Positions 24,623 to 35,692 of a DNA stretch of 64,000 nt are shown here, piece after piece. Each line of letters opens with the position of its first letter. The stretch's first letter is position 1. Source of the DNA: Cladosporium halotolerans (taxonomy: Eukaryota); contig NW_027191506.1 of assembly GCF_011745625.1 (NCBI RefSeq), positions 1 through 64,000 of the forward strand, in the 5' to 3' direction. Position numbers and translations under genes: made by a program. A model generated the notes under the pieces. It did no database searches. It saw only the letters and a list, made by a program, of their open reading frames with translations, and was not told the DNA's origin.

Positions 24623-25781
24623 ACAAGCTCTACTTCAATTCCGGCAGATCGACGTCTGTTCGCCGGTCTGGCTGATTATTGAAATGAAAGCACAAGCGAC
24701 TCATTGGCCAGGGAGGGAGGTTTGGGCAAGCGTTCCATTGGCCGCGCTTCACCCGCAGCTGAGTGAGCATGGGGTCCATAGTTTTCGCTGTGCTGTGCTC
24801 GGACTATGCATCCATCATCATACGGCAGCGAGCCCAATAAATGAAACGATCTCTGCTCACACTTCCTTACAATACGAGACACAGCGGAACCGATGAGACG
24901 TGCTCTGCCCATTGACATGGAACACAAGTGTATCTGCTTGTGGCCACGATGTGAGCTTTGCGCAGTGCAAGTGGGGAGGTCGTAGACAACTGATGTGAAT
25001 CGCCCATCCAAAACCCAATATCCGGATTCAACGTATCTGGTCCAGAATATGTTTGTTGCAACTCGACGGATTACCTTCACGCCTCTGAAAACCTGCCTGA
25101 TCATCTTTCTCTAGTCGTCTTCAGTGTAGAAGAGAACATGTCATCCCTCCTCCCTCCCTCGCTCCCTCCCTCCTCCTCTCACACTCGCTTGCTTCGCAGC
25201 TTTGCGTGATGCCATGTGGGCCTTCAGCCTCACGTGCCAAAAGCGTGACAAGCTCGATTACCGTACCGTACATGCTAGCGTCATGAAACGTGGTGCTAAT
25301 ACATGAACGCAGGTTACGAGGGCTTGCTGACAAGTAGAAATGCCCACGCGTGAACCGTAATCACGTCCATGCTAGAGCATGGGTCTGCTGGAAGCCCCCC
25401 GACAACATCCCACAGTGTTTCCTGTGAAGACGCTCGCCCATCATTCCGCGTGGAAACATCATCAAGAGTACGCCAATTGGCATGGCTCCTGGCCAAGGCC
25501 CTATGATGATTCAGAGATGCTTTATAGCAGGGCATCGAAGACGACGGGTTTTTTGTGGTAAAACATAGGGCAAGCGTGACAAGGGCATTGCGACGCGGGA
25601 TCTCGTCGCCAGTACAAAGTACCTGCACGTGTTGGAGCTATATGATAAGGATTATTCGTAGTGCATGTCGAGTCCACATTTCTTCCTACACGTGTCTTGT
25701 GATAACAACGCTGGCTATAAAACATATTTTGAATACATCATGCTTGTAACGATTGAACCGTAGCAGTCAATGTAAATAGTA

Positions 25782-25990
25782 AGCAGCCACTCAAGCGCAA
25801 GACCTTACTTCGCAGTGTCATGCAGAACGCACAAATTTTTTCGCAGCTCTTTGCAACCGTCCACCGCTGCCGTTCTCTCACGTAGTGGGGCTCCGGTCTC
25901 GGTGTGAATAGCGAGCAGCCAGTCAAGCGCAATACCTTACTTCGCGGTGTTATGCAGAACGCACGGATTCTTCGCAGCTCTTTGCAACGC
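25782..25990. repeat. Diverged tandem duplication (~133-bp period) of the CDF gene's last codons and 3' UTR
   Basis: GCAGCCACTCAAGCGCAAGACCTTACTTCGCAGTGTCATGCAGAACGCAC (from 25782) matches GCAGCCAGTCAAGCGCAATACCTTACTTCGCGGTGTTATGCAGAACGCAC (from 25915). Confidence 0.85.
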
Positions 25991-27519
25991 ACCCAATGGC
26001 ACAAGTGTCCGCCGCTACCCTTCTCTCGCGCAGGCCGGCTCCGGTCTCGGTAGGTCCAGCAGAACCTTCTGACGCAAAAGTCAGGTTAGGGGGGATGACC
26101 TCGGGCTGCAGGGTCACCGAGTGGACGCCGTATGCGTGGAAGCATTCGTTGATTGTCTCGGCGAGCGACATGAAGTGAGAGAGCTCTGTGTTCGCGATAC
26201 CGATGTGTGCCGACGCGAGAGCTTTGCCTTGGTTGAGACGCCAGATACGCAGCTCATGAACGGCGAGGACGCCGTCGACCTAGCAAAGACGTTAATGATT
26301 GATTCCCGTTTCTCTCGCCGGATCTTCTGCCGGGGGGTGAATGTGACTAACCTGCATGATATCGTGCCCAACATCCTCAGCTTTGACGCCTGGCGGTGCG
26401 CTTTCCAGCAGGATGATGGCGCTTTTCTTCACTGTTTTACAATGTCAGTTCTGGCATCACCCCTTTCTGTTTGTAGAGTGGCTGATCGACGAACCAATGG
26501 GGATTGACGAAAAAAATATCATGAACGCGATCGCCATGCTCACAGCGGGGTCGGCATAGTAGCGTCCGGAAGATGAGGTCTTCCAAATGATGGCGCCGGC
26601 AATAACCACGCCGATGTTGTTAGCAGCATCACCGGCGACATGAAGTAGAACGCCCATGATGCCAAGATCATGCTCTGGTTTGCCCTTGCTAGGATCGTCA
26701 GCCAGTGCGTGGCGATGCTCCTGGTGTGGCCTCGAAACCTATGCGTGACATGTCAGCAATTTCTCTCAAGGATCGTGCGGCTCACCATACCTCGGGCAAC
26801 GTCTGCGGTTCCGCGGCATTTGGTTCTCCGTGGCTGTGGGTATCTCCATGGTCTGCTCTGCGATCAGTATCTAGTGATATACACGTCTTTGATGGTGGAA
26901 GCATACCGTGCCCTAAGATGATAGCGCTGACGACATTCAGAGCGAAACCAACACAGCCGATGATCATGACAAGGAGAGGATTTTCCACGGCTGTTGCGAA
27001 TGTCAGTCTGCCAAGAGCCGTGTGGATGCAAGAGGAGAGGGGGAAATATACGTTGCACCGAGACGAAGCGCTCGATTGATTGGAGGAATATGCTGACACC
27101 GAGAGCCAGGAGAAAAACGCCGTTGAAGAAGGCGCCTAGGATGGTGGCTCTTTGCCACCCAAACGTCATCTCTGGAGGTGCATTTCCGCGTTCGGCCGCC
27201 TGCACCTGTTAGCGAGGCCGAAGTCTGGGCTTTTTGTTGGACTCACTAGGAATGCGACAAGCGCAACCACGAATCCCACAAGGTCGTTGAGCTGATAATG
27301 TCAGATACTGTGCTAAAGTGCATGTCGCGTGCCAACTCACGTAATGGAAGGCATCAGCCACGAGAGCGAGCGAGCCAGTGTAGAAGCCGACTGCGATGTG
27401 TTAGCGCGAACAATGGGCGAGCCAAGCGGACAGTACTTGCCGCTGATTTCAGCGAGGAAGAATGCAAGAGAAATAGCGATGACTATCATCAGCTTTCTCG
27501 ATCTCGAAAGGACAGTCAT
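25950..27519 (-). CDS. ZRC1: Cation diffusion facilitator, Zrc1/Cot1-like zinc transporter; multi-exon
   Basis: MTVLSRSRKLMIVIAISLAFFLAEIS, SLALVADAFHY|LND (TM2 HxxxD), TFGWQRATILGAFFNGVFL, a His-containing loop, GVLLHVAGDA (TM5 HxxxD), YADPAVS, VHELRIWRL and HAYGVHSVTLQPE. Confidence 0.9.
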
Positions 27520-27874
27520 TGTCGCCAGCGATGCGGGATGTGCTTGGGAGAAGGGATGGGTGTGAAGCTGCAGATGCAAGGGGTTTGAACAAGAGACAGC
27601 AGGCACCGCGATCCTGATGTCGGCGAAGATGGTGGCAAGTGGCAAGCGGGTTGTGATGCGAAAGAAAGGAGAATTGGAAGAAGCGGAGAAAAAAAGGGGA
27701 GCAGAAACACATCGGTTTCGCGGTGGCGCGACAAACTGGAGATCACCTTGCGGCTGCGTGTCTTGGCGCGGCATAAGCTTGCTGCCCCAGGGGCGCGCGC
27801 TTGCTGCAGATTTGCGTGGCGGTGCAGAGATGCTCGCGCGAGTGAATGCGGCTGACGCAGGTCTTGTCTTGAAC

Positions 27875-27911
27875 ATATATATATATATACACATATATAT
27901 ATATACATATA
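27875..27911. repeat. (AT)n microsatellite upstream of the CDF gene
   Basis: ATATATATATATATACACATATATATATATACATATAT. Confidence 0.9.
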
Positions 27912-28599
27912 TGCATACAGGCGCCCTGATGTCCCTGGACGGCTGAGAGAAGGAGAAGCGGTTTGACTCTGGCATGAGACCTGCGAGGCAAGCAAGCACC
28001 CGTCTGCGTGAGCCGCAAGACGCACGCCGGCGACGCTCCAGTGACGCCGGTGGCTTTTCTTACGCGCGGCCGGCTCGTCCATGCTTTTTTTTTCATGCCA
28101 CCGCGCGCAGTCTCTGCATCCGCCCAAGGCGCGCACAGAGCAGACTCTACGCCCACGGCGCGAACGAAGCAGTAGCCTAGTCCAGTTACCTGCGTTGGGG
28201 TTCTTGAAATCATCTGCCGAGATGTCGGTGTCGTGGTGTAGGCAAAGCCATGTCGCTTGCTTCTGCGACCAGTGAGCAGAAGCAGGGGCAGTATAGTTGG
28301 CCGGCGCTTTCTGCCATGTGCTGTAGTCTTAGTGTCGTCCAGATCACGCACTGCTCTTCGCGCAGACGAAGAATGCTTGTATCATTCGTATTCTTTCCGA
28401 AGTAGTGGTAGTCTGCGACGATCTCGTTGTAATAGAGATGCTGGCGCGATTGTCGTCGCTCTCACAAGCCGCGGATCAGCTCGTTGGAACACCATCATCG
28501 CGAGGAAGCCATGAAGGATAGGAATTCAAGGAGAAGGAGGAAAGAAGCAGCAAAAGAAGGGATGGAGTTAGGACGATGTTGACTTGGCGAATCTAAGGG

Positions 28600-28680
28600 G
28601 CGTTTTTGACCATCAAGGTTTTTTGACCATCAAGGTGTTTTATGACCACAAAAGTCCTTGCGCTTTTTCCACAACAACGT
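28600..28680 (-). repeat. 17-bp tandem repeats ending near ACGT, possibly a DNA-transposon terminus
   Basis: TTTTTGACCATCAAGGT occurs twice plus a degenerate third copy. The minus strand begins ACGTTGTTGTGG at 28680. No partner TIR was found. Confidence 0.4.
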
Positions 28681-29114
28681 GCTAGCCGATTATCGGTTCA
28701 CAGGGGCTACAATAATCATGCACATGGCAATAATGCCCTAATAACATAGCCTTTGAACTCAGGACTTGATGATATCGCTGTAACGGGCAGGGACATACCA
28801 TGCGCATAGGCGATGCGCGTGTGGTTCTCGTAGTGAGTACACCACCATATCTAGCGCTTACAGATGTCGAATCTTCGAACAATCTGTCTACCTTAGGACT
28901 TGGGACCGAAACATCAAGTAGGTAGATCTACGCTTCATCTATGATCCAGAGTATGGCTTGTAAGATTAGAGCGTATAAGCAGATCGAAGATTCTCAGCTA
29001 TTACAATAACGCCGAACGGCCTCATTAAAGGGAACTATCTATAGCGACGGAACTTGCTACTCTTGCCCCTACAGACCTGCAACACCACACCACACCAACC
29101 AAATCTGGCCACAT

Positions 29115-32100
29115 CTACTGTCTGCTAACCTTGCCAAATTGCTTCATCAGCAAGGTAGCAGCGGTCAAAACCACCGGCACGACACTGACAATCTCGCCCA
29201 GGCCAGCATATGCGGGCGGGACACGGAAAGTAACAAACGCTCCGCTAGCCAAGAGAATAGCAAAGACGTTGTACAGTGCAGCCCAGAGGAAGTTGAACAG
29301 GATGCGGTGGAAGGCGGCCTTTGAGATATCGAGAAGGTCCAGCACACCACGCAGGTCACCGAGAAGGACCACATCAGCCGTTGCGCGGGTAACATCCGAA
29401 GACGACTCAATCTGGACACCTACTGCAGCCTCAGTGACAGCAACAGCATCGTTGCTGCCATCACCACAAAAGAGAACGACCTTTCCAATTTGTTTCAGGC
29501 GTCGAATGTACGTTTGCTTTCCCTCTGGGCTTTGCCTGCTTGCGATGTTGGTCGAGGAGATATGCAGGTCCGTTGCGACTGCCTCTACGGCTGCTGTTCC
29601 ATCCCCGCTTACGATGTGCACTTCGATACCACGTGATTGCAAGTTTTGAACGGCTGCTTTGGCTTCTTTGCGCAGTGACGTTTTCAGGCCAAAGGCAGCA
29701 AGAAGACCGTTGGCATCTGCAACGCAATACACCGCCAACCCTTGAGCTGCGAGCGCGTTGACTTTCTCGTTGTCGAGCTCGAGCCAGTGCTGATTGCCAC
29801 CTCTGAAGACGGTGTCGTGGTACTCGCACTGTGTGCCGGCTCCAGGAATGGACTCGATCGCGGCAACCTCAAGCGGCTTCACGTCACGTTGCTTCAAAGC
29901 TCGTTCGATCGCTTGAGAAACAGGGTGTCTGTTGTCCTTGACCATTGACCTGACAAGCGCGTAGATCATCGTGCTCGGTAGCGCATCGCGCTCGAAGATG
30001 AACTCCTCTAAGATATCGAGGGTATTCTCGGTCAAAGTACCCGTTTTGTCGAAGATCACGTCGGTGCATCTAAAACCACGCTCAACGACGTCCGCAGTCT
30101 TGATGATGATACCAAGTCGAGCTGCAACGCCGCCAGCGATAACCAGAACCATTGGCACAGCTAATCCTAGCGCGCATGGACAGGAAATCGCAAGTATCGC
30201 GATGCCGTACGTGATGGCCGTGCCGACAGCGAGACCAGCTGATTGGTCACGCAACTTTAAGCCAACCACGATCCAGATGACTGTGGCGATGATGGATATT
30301 GACACAACCACAGGGATGAAGTAACCGGCCACCTTATCCGCCAAGTCTTGAACACGCGGCTTAGAAGCCTGCGCCTGCTGGACAAGATCGGCAATGTCAG
30401 TCACTGTGTTCTTTCCAGGGAGGCGATCAACTTCGACCAACAGTGTACCGCGTCCGTTCAATGTCCCAGCGACAACGGCATCTCCAGGAAACTTGGGGAT
30501 CGGCATGGCTTCTCCGGTGATCATTGACTCATCCACATCACTGCTACCGCTGCAGACTGTCGCGTCGGTGACGATCTGGGCGTGTGGTCCAATTTGTAAA
30601 TTGTCACCAAGCTCCAACAGGCGAGCGTCGATTTCCGCTGAACCTCCTGACTTATCAACCAACATTGCCGTAGAAGGTTGGAGCGATCGTAGAGACACGG
30701 CATCTACAGCCCTTTTGCGAGCATATGCAGCAATCAGACGACCAAGGAGGATCAGACTGATCAGGAGTGTACTGGTCTCGAACAGAGGCTCGGTAGTCTC
30801 GCCATCCTTGCCAGCGAGAGTGAGTGCAAAAGCCACCATAGAATATGCGTATGCTGCAGTGATGCTGATGACCACGAGCATGTCCATTTCGACAACACGG
30901 TTGTAGATGAGGGCCGACAACGCGGGTTGATAGAACTCTGGAATGGCTATGGCTTGGACCACAGTAGCTAGAACGAGGGAGACATACAATTTGGTACGCT
31001 CGGAGATCGGAGGATCGGCCCACGAGAAAACCACAACTGGTATCGTGAAGCAGAATGCGATGACCGTCAACCAAGAGACATGCCAAAGGCGGGCTTGACC
31101 AGCAGTTGTATTCTCGTCTTGCGCCGGCGGCGCAAGAGTAGCTGTAGGGAAAGCCTCCAGTACTTTCCTTGCGCCAATGACAGAGGAGTTGTATGTGACT
31201 TGGTACTGTCGCTTGGAGATGGATTTGCAGTCCAGTACACCTTGCGGCAAGTTGCGCGTCACTTCTTGCGCGCTCTTTTGATCCATCAAAAGGTTGAGCG
31301 AGGGATGGGTCACGTCCAAGCGATCAACCTTGTACTTGGTAGCCCGCTCAACCAGTCTCATGACCTCGGTGGTGTTGGTCACACTAATGTCGATATCGCA
31401 GTTTGCAGTCCCGGCAATGAACGTGACGGATGTGTTGCTCACGCCAGGTATAGACTCGAATGCCCTTGCCGCTATCTTAGCGCAACCAGAACAATCCATT
31501 CCAGCGATAGTAAAAGTGGTGTTTTGCAGGTTGTTTATCTGTTTTTCGACATCTGCCGGTGCACTTGCCTTGAAGAGGGTGTGGCTCTTAGGCGGGGCAT
31601 GATTGTGACTGGAATGTGTTGCTTCGACGTGTGATGTTTCGGTTGCGCATTTCTCGTCGCTACAGCATGGTTCCGCGTGAGCGTGAGCGCTGTGTTGCAC
31701 TGCTGATTTTCCAGAGCAATCAGGCTTTTCGGATGTCGTCGGGCGGAATGTGACTTTGCCGTGAGGCAAACGCTCGCTGGCGTAGCTTGAAGTCGTGGCA
31801 CGAGGGACTTCGTGCGAGTGAGAACGCTGCGGTGGCACGGCCGTTTTTACGTCGCGGCAAGCGAGCTGGAACTGCTCGGCCTGGACTCTGCGACAGATGC
31901 AGAGAGTTTGCTCAAGGAAAGAAGTGTATCTCTCGTAGGCGGAACGTAGATGCATAGAGCAAGCATCCCACGAGTGGTTGTCGTCTTGGTCGTGGTTGTG
32001 CTTGTGGGCCGGGGCTTGTTCACGCTGGCTTGCCGGCGCGTCGTTGCAGCGGGTTGCTATTGCCGAGCATGTCAATCTAGTGAGCTCTCTGGTCGAAAGA

Positions 32101-32392
32101 GGCTGGCTGAAGGGCAGCTCACTCTCTGCAGCCTCCTGGTCGCAGGCAGCGCGACACTCTACGGCGGCGGCGGCTTGAACGCATTGTTCTGTGACCAAAA
32201 GAATGAGCGAGGCGTCCGGTGAAACAGACGTGCGCTTTGCATACCGTCACAATCTTCGCTCACGCAGTGCTCATAAGCGGGAAGGGTGTCGGAGGTGCTC
32301 TCGACGTGGTGTCCAGTGCAAGCATCCTCGCCGTGGCAGGGAGGCTGCTTGGGCAGCTGCTTGGGCTCATGCGTGCAGCAGGATGGAGACAT
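29115..32392 (-). CDS. PCA1: P1B-type heavy-metal ATPase, Pca1-like (Cd/Cu efflux); 2 exons
   Basis: Cys/His-rich N-terminus (MSPSCCTHE..., HAHAEPCC), HMA motif GMDCSGC, TGEA, SCPC, DKTGT, HP, GDGSND, TM7 LYN and TM8 GLGEIVSVVPV. The intron lies near 32193-32243. Confidence 0.92.
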
Positions 32393-32749
32393 TTCGTCAG
32401 ACAACGGACGTGTCACGGGCAGATTGGGCGCAGTGTCTTGAGGCTACAGGAAGAAGTTGAGGGGATAGTTTGCAATTCGACAGCAGTGGCAGACAGACTT
32501 TTATGGTCGCTCACGTAGGAGGTACTCGCGGGGCGTTGGCGTCTTGGCCGTGGCGGCAAGCGTCGTAAGCGTCGCGCGCGCTGTATCTGCCGCACTTGGG
32601 GGGCTGTACAACGCAACACCGCCCTACAACAGTGACATGGCCGGAGATTACCGCGTTGACAGCAGACTGATGCCCTTGATCGTCGCCCTTCCCCTCACCT
32701 CCTCCGCTGGCAAGATTTGCCATGCTCGTCGCTGCACTTAGCTTCCAGG

Positions 32750-35634
32750 CTCGCGCTGGCGCTCACCCTTCTTCCGACCTGGAGAACGTAAACCTGCAGA
32801 GCTGGACGCAAAACGGTTCTCGCAAGTACTGGTCCGTCCACAATGGGGCTTCTCCGATTTTGCCTGCCAGCCCGGATAGCTCACCGCGGCGACGACGGCG
32901 CGTGAACGCTTTACACGAGCAAGAAGAAGAACGACTTGCCTGCCGGGATAGCAACATCGTGTACGATGACACGGGGATCGATGATCTCGCCTCCACGAGC
33001 AATTGGATGCACCGAACAAACTGGGCGAAGAGGTATAAGGGTGTGGATCGCAGATTGCTCCTTAAGCTTCGCGGAGCCCCAGCCGCGGGCGGTCAGAAGT
33101 TACATCTGGGCCGATATGGACTGGAAGAAGCGTGCAGCAGCGAGTCTCACGAGACATGTTTGGTCACCACTGGTCGAGCTGTGGACCGGTTTTTCGACAG
33201 GTGTGAGGACACAATACGCCACACCGATCATTCGGTACTGTGCTGGCTACGTGGACAAATCATTGGTCGCCCATACAAAGCCCCGTTCAACCTTCCTGCA
33301 CGTAAAAAAACGACTGCGAAATATCGTGGAATATGGAAAAGCATGATCTTCTTCTATATGCGGCTCTCTTTGTTAGAAGTACGACTGCGCCGTGAATTCT
33401 TACACGTCAGACTATCAAAATCACAGAGCGAGGCTTGTCAACGGCTACTAGCTGCGCTAGAGCTGACGGCAGGTGGCTCTGCGACTTTGTCTTGCGATCA
33501 ATCAGACTCTGATGACGTAAAGACAGCGGGAAAAGCCATATCTCGATCGCAAACGGAGGGGCCGAGCGCGCCATCGAGAAATCTCCATCTGCGACCGCCT
33601 TCCATTGGCTCTGAATCAGGGGAAGAATCCTATGTGGATACACAAGTTGCAGTCGACTCCGGTTGTGACGACTCGTCTGATACCACCAGTGAAGAAGCTG
33701 TTGACGAGATGATCAGCTCCAGCGACACTGAAAGACATTCCTTGTACGCTGATCCGATGGGTCGAGACGAAGCCACGCTTGACAGGTCTCTCTCCCCTGA
33801 TGTTTCGCCCGCTTCTTTACCGTCAGGCATTCCCTCCCCCAGCGATGATGGAATCCAATGTACCTTTGACGATCTGGACGATGCCGTTGCAGACTTCTCC
33901 TATCATCTATGTACGGAGGAATTTGCAAATGGCCTCCCGTCATCAACGGCTGTTGTATACTTCAGTGGAATACTCGGCTTCACACCGGACGGTTCAACAT
34001 TCGAACGGCCAAGTAGGTATACTCCGAAATTGTCTGCTATAATCCACTGCATCCGCCTCTGCATGCTGGAAAGGATACTTCCGCGTTTCCCCCACCCCAA
34101 GATCGGTTGGCCGGCGAGACCACGTGTTGGGGGATTGAAGCGCTTCGCAAAGTTTCGAGACCGCTTCATGTGCCATGGCTGTCAAACACCTGCAGGTAAG
34201 ATTCTAGCCCTGAGGTCACATGGACGTGCGCTTTCCCGTGCCGATGGTCCGAACTTCCGGGTGCATTGGGGCAAAAGCGCCCATACAGTGGGCTGGGAAG
34301 GAGGTTCACTTTCCATGGATCAGCTGCGGAGATTGGGTAGAGAGGCCGTAGATCGGGCACAAAGTTCGATAAAGCGCCTACTTTACGGATACTGTCCCAG
34401 CTTCTCGCTTGGGAAGTTACATGATAGGATGTCAAACCATCGTCAAGGCTACTCCGTCACCGAACCGGCAAATAATTTCGAAAGAGCTTACCTTCAGCTG
34501 TCATCAAAAGCTTGCTTACATCCAGTCGACGGTTTGATGTCTTCCGACGTCTGGAAAATGGACGCTGTGCATCGATATTTCAAAGAGGAAACGAATTTGC
34601 TGCAGAACATCATGCTGATCATGTATCTTCGTGGTGGTCAAGCTCCCCGGACGACCGAGTTCTTGAGCATCGAATGCTACAACGGCCCTAGTACATCGCG
34701 TGGCATTTATATACATGGCGGATCGATCGTCTACGTTACGAGGCATTCGAAAGCGCGGCGTATGACGAACCAGGAATTCCAAGTTGCTCGGTTTTTACCA
34801 AAGGAGGATTCAGAACTTGTCGCAACATATCTCGCAATCATTCGACCGTTTACGGACATGTTCAATCGATTTTGTCTAGGCTATGATCGGGAGCGTCGTT
34901 TGATGTTCGCTTCGTCAGATAAGGTCGATAGACATTGGCAATCTGATGTCCTCACAAAGGCATTGAAGAGGCTGACTCAAGAAGTGTGTCTGCAGTCTTT
35001 CGGCGTCTAGATATATCGCCAGCTATCGATCGCGGTCACCGAGAGACACGTCAAAGATATCAGTCGGCCGTTCAATTTGCACGATGACAGGAGTATGGCT
35101 GCCGATATCGAGGTAGTATTCGCTTCGCAAAGCGGTCACAGACCGATGCAACGCGGGTTTAGCTATGGCATCGATGCTGCTTACCCAGATTCTTTACAAC
35201 CGGCTCTACTCAGGGTGTATCAATGGGTGTCGCGCCGTTGGCATGAATTTCTTGAGACACATGAAGGGCCATCGCGAAACGTGATTTTAAACACACCAGC
35301 ATCGCAACTTAACGGAGGCACTAAACGACGCATCTCTGATGGAAGCGAGGGCAAAGAAATTAAGCGCTTTCGTATCAGCGATGTGCGCCAAGACATCAGC
35401 GTTGAACGGACCCCGGGCAGAGGATTACTAGCTTCTGCTTTGCAGAGTAGGGCACAAAATCGCTACGATGAGACGAAACATCCTGGAGCCGATGAGCATC
35501 ATTCGGGTCTACTTGATCCAGAGCCCCTTTCAAGCAATGCGTTTCAAAAGAGGAGAGGGATCGCTGAGTTTTTTGAAGAACAAGGGAGATTGTCGAGGAA
35601 GGAAGTTTCTAGGCCCTTTGAACTTTCAGACTAG
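32750..35634 (+). pseudogene. 5'-truncated DUF3505-family gene with a tyrosine-recombinase-like domain and no helicase (copy A)
   Basis: ORFs 32722 and 35077 are in one frame, split by TAG at 35008 (probably CAG). Motifs are LQSW...YWSV, NWMHRTNW, YTPKLSAII, GGQAPRTTEF (R), HSKAR (K), IYRQ (R), QSGH (H) and FSYG (Y). Confidence 0.75.
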
Positions 35635-35692
35635 CATTTTGTAGCGTTACTTTAGTACATGATTCTTTAGCTAATGTCTTCACTGCCTAGGT

